DNA of 56,418 nucleotides, filler included, from Platydemus manokwari (Eukaryota): NCBI GenBank assembly GCA_037951405.1. It is 5 parts of 5 records of this genome, joined end to end, with 100 filler letters (N's around TTAATTAATTAA, not from the genome) between each part and the next. Parts side by side here need not be neighbours in the genome. Positions count along the whole stretch, not along the records: positions 38,881 to 56,418 come from JBBMOY010999971.1; 4 more parts are not named here. One strand, 5' to 3'. Shown piece by piece: positions 54,599 to 56,418 of this stretch (position 1 is its first letter; each line of letters starts with the position of its first letter). The notes under the pieces were generated by a model. It saw only the letters and a program-made list of their open reading frames with translations, ran no database searches and was not told where the DNA came from. The position numbers and the translations under genes were made by a program.

Positions 54599-54927
54599 CA
54601 GATGTTAAAGTAAAATGAACTAAATTATCAAAGGAGATCTCGTACATAAAGAAACCACAAAATCAAAACCTAGACACAAATATTTGTATAATTTTTATTT
54701 CAGATATGTTTGAAATGATTTCCAAAATAAAACTGGCTATAGGTTGTACAATGGGCCTTATAGTTAATGCTCTTCCTAAATGAGTTACTTGAGTGGCATA
54801 AGTTAATGTATATTTATTTTTTATATTTTATAGAATTTAGATTGCAACAGTATATGTATTTATCAATTAATTGTTACCATAGAACACATCGCTAATTATT
54901 AGTATTTCAAAAATGAATTTTGATCTT
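54599..54927 (+). repeat. Roughly 330-bp diverged direct repeat, copy 2
   Basis: Colinear with 52483-52791, with a short extra segment near 54651-54670. Confidence 0.9.
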
Positions 54928-56418
54928 TTAAATATACGTGGTTGTATCCACCGAAACTTTTTATATAGTATCCGCTAGCAATTTTACTTTATATTTCACT
55001 TATAGTTTCATCTCTAGGATATTTAAATAAATTATATACAGTATATACAACGTAACTTGATATTATTTTTAGATAAACTTTGCAACTTAGTTTTGTAGCA
55101 CCTGTTATTGAGATTTTTTTCTTTATTTACAAAAAATTCGATTTTAATGTTTAAATTGCCTACTGCTCTCTTTATTTCTCGTAATTCTGGGACTTTAAAA
55201 TGAGCTCCATTTTTAAATTAGTCTTATCATCCTAATTGCTTTGTAGAATATAGAATTGGTGATAATGAGTTACTTCTTAACTCATGTTTGACTCCTAAAT
55301 TATCCGTGTGCTTAATTTATATAGTCCATCTCTTTCTGTAAATTATTTCTATTTTTCATTCGTTTTCTACCCTAATCCAATAGATACAATAATTAACAAA
55401 AGGTAGTGAAATAATATTGATTAAATTTGATTAGTATCAAATCTTAATATAATAAAAAATTCCAATTGAATGTAAAGCGAGGTGTGACAACCGATTATGT
55501 TGTTCATTTAAATGATACTAGCATGGAAGAAATCGATTCAATTATTTATGTAACTAATAGGTAATGATGCTTAGTGTTAAACAACAATTATGATGCTCAG
55601 TGGTTATTGTATCTCTATTTACCATATAATTTCTTGTTGTTTTGTTTATCGTATCTCTCTACGCTATAACATCTTGGATATAGTTCCCTGAATGATAAAT
55701 AATTAATCAATACAAGAAGCATACCGTGTGTTTGAATTAGATGAATGTGAGCATTTATTATAGCAATTTTATCACCGTTAAATTGGGTTATTTAATGTAA
55801 ATTATGGCGATAAAACAAAGTAATCTGTCACTATGAAAGAGGGATTTATTAGTATACTTCATTGAATTCTTTAATTTTATTACTTCATAATTTTCCGTGA
55901 CTTGAGATAATGGTCCTAAGGAGGTGGAGTCAATATCTTACACTTCATAAAATATTGTGATGTACCTTAACAGTAAACAGTATTCCTGATTTTCCTACCA
56001 TTAAAAGTGTACATTTTACATTTAAATATTCTTAAGAGATTTTAAAGATTTAAATAATTATATAATAATTTATTTAATTTAAGAAGGTCATTCAACTACA
56101 CGGGGTATTTTGTTTGTCTGGCCGACCTTAGGGTGATGTACTAAGAAATTTAATTATATCTTAAAGATATTTATATCTGTATTTTTCTGGACCCTACTGA
56201 ATTTAAAGAACCATTAATCCAATCTTCTAGAGCATGGTGTCAATGAGTTTATTCTATTAACCCGGATAATCGACGTCGATGATCAGAAATTGAAACTGAA
56301 TATGAGTGGTGCGGTGAATATCCGTAGCTTCCTCTTTATGTTTATGGTAGTTCTACACGATATAATTGCCCTTTGCCTGAGAATCATGAGGCACCTTAAC
56401 CGATATATTATTTCGACT

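Overview
Very AT-rich eukaryotic (animal) genomic DNA with many 41-52 nt GT-AG introns and abundant decayed transposons. A triclad planarian or similar flatworm is my inference from composition, intron size and TE types; it is not proven. Four identical artificial 100-nt gap linkers (N44-TTAATTAATTAA-N44) split the window into five contigs. Supported genes, all on the minus strand: (1) a complete 3-exon lariat debranching enzyme DBR1 (382-2234, 506 aa); (2) a 5'-incomplete 16-17-exon tandem CUB-domain (cubilin-like) gene (about 9937-16444, at least 8.5 CUB domains); (3) a small secreted 8-cysteine peptide exon missed by the ORF track (9439-9651), with a degenerate tandem paralog (8884-9077). 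The peptide has no start ATG of its own, and its cysteine spacing nearly matches the disulfide-stapled helical hairpin of nemertean neurotoxin B-IV. It is the best candidate for an undescribed system here: a toxin or antimicrobial peptide family whose Met may come from the flatworm spliced leader. Also present: a decayed REL-endonuclease non-LTR retrotransposon next to a diverged 18S rRNA fragment, hAT and Tc1/mariner remnants, LTR-retroelement remnants, a microsatellite and a roughly 310-bp direct repeat. Most of 19-56 kb is unassignable degenerate repeat DNA.
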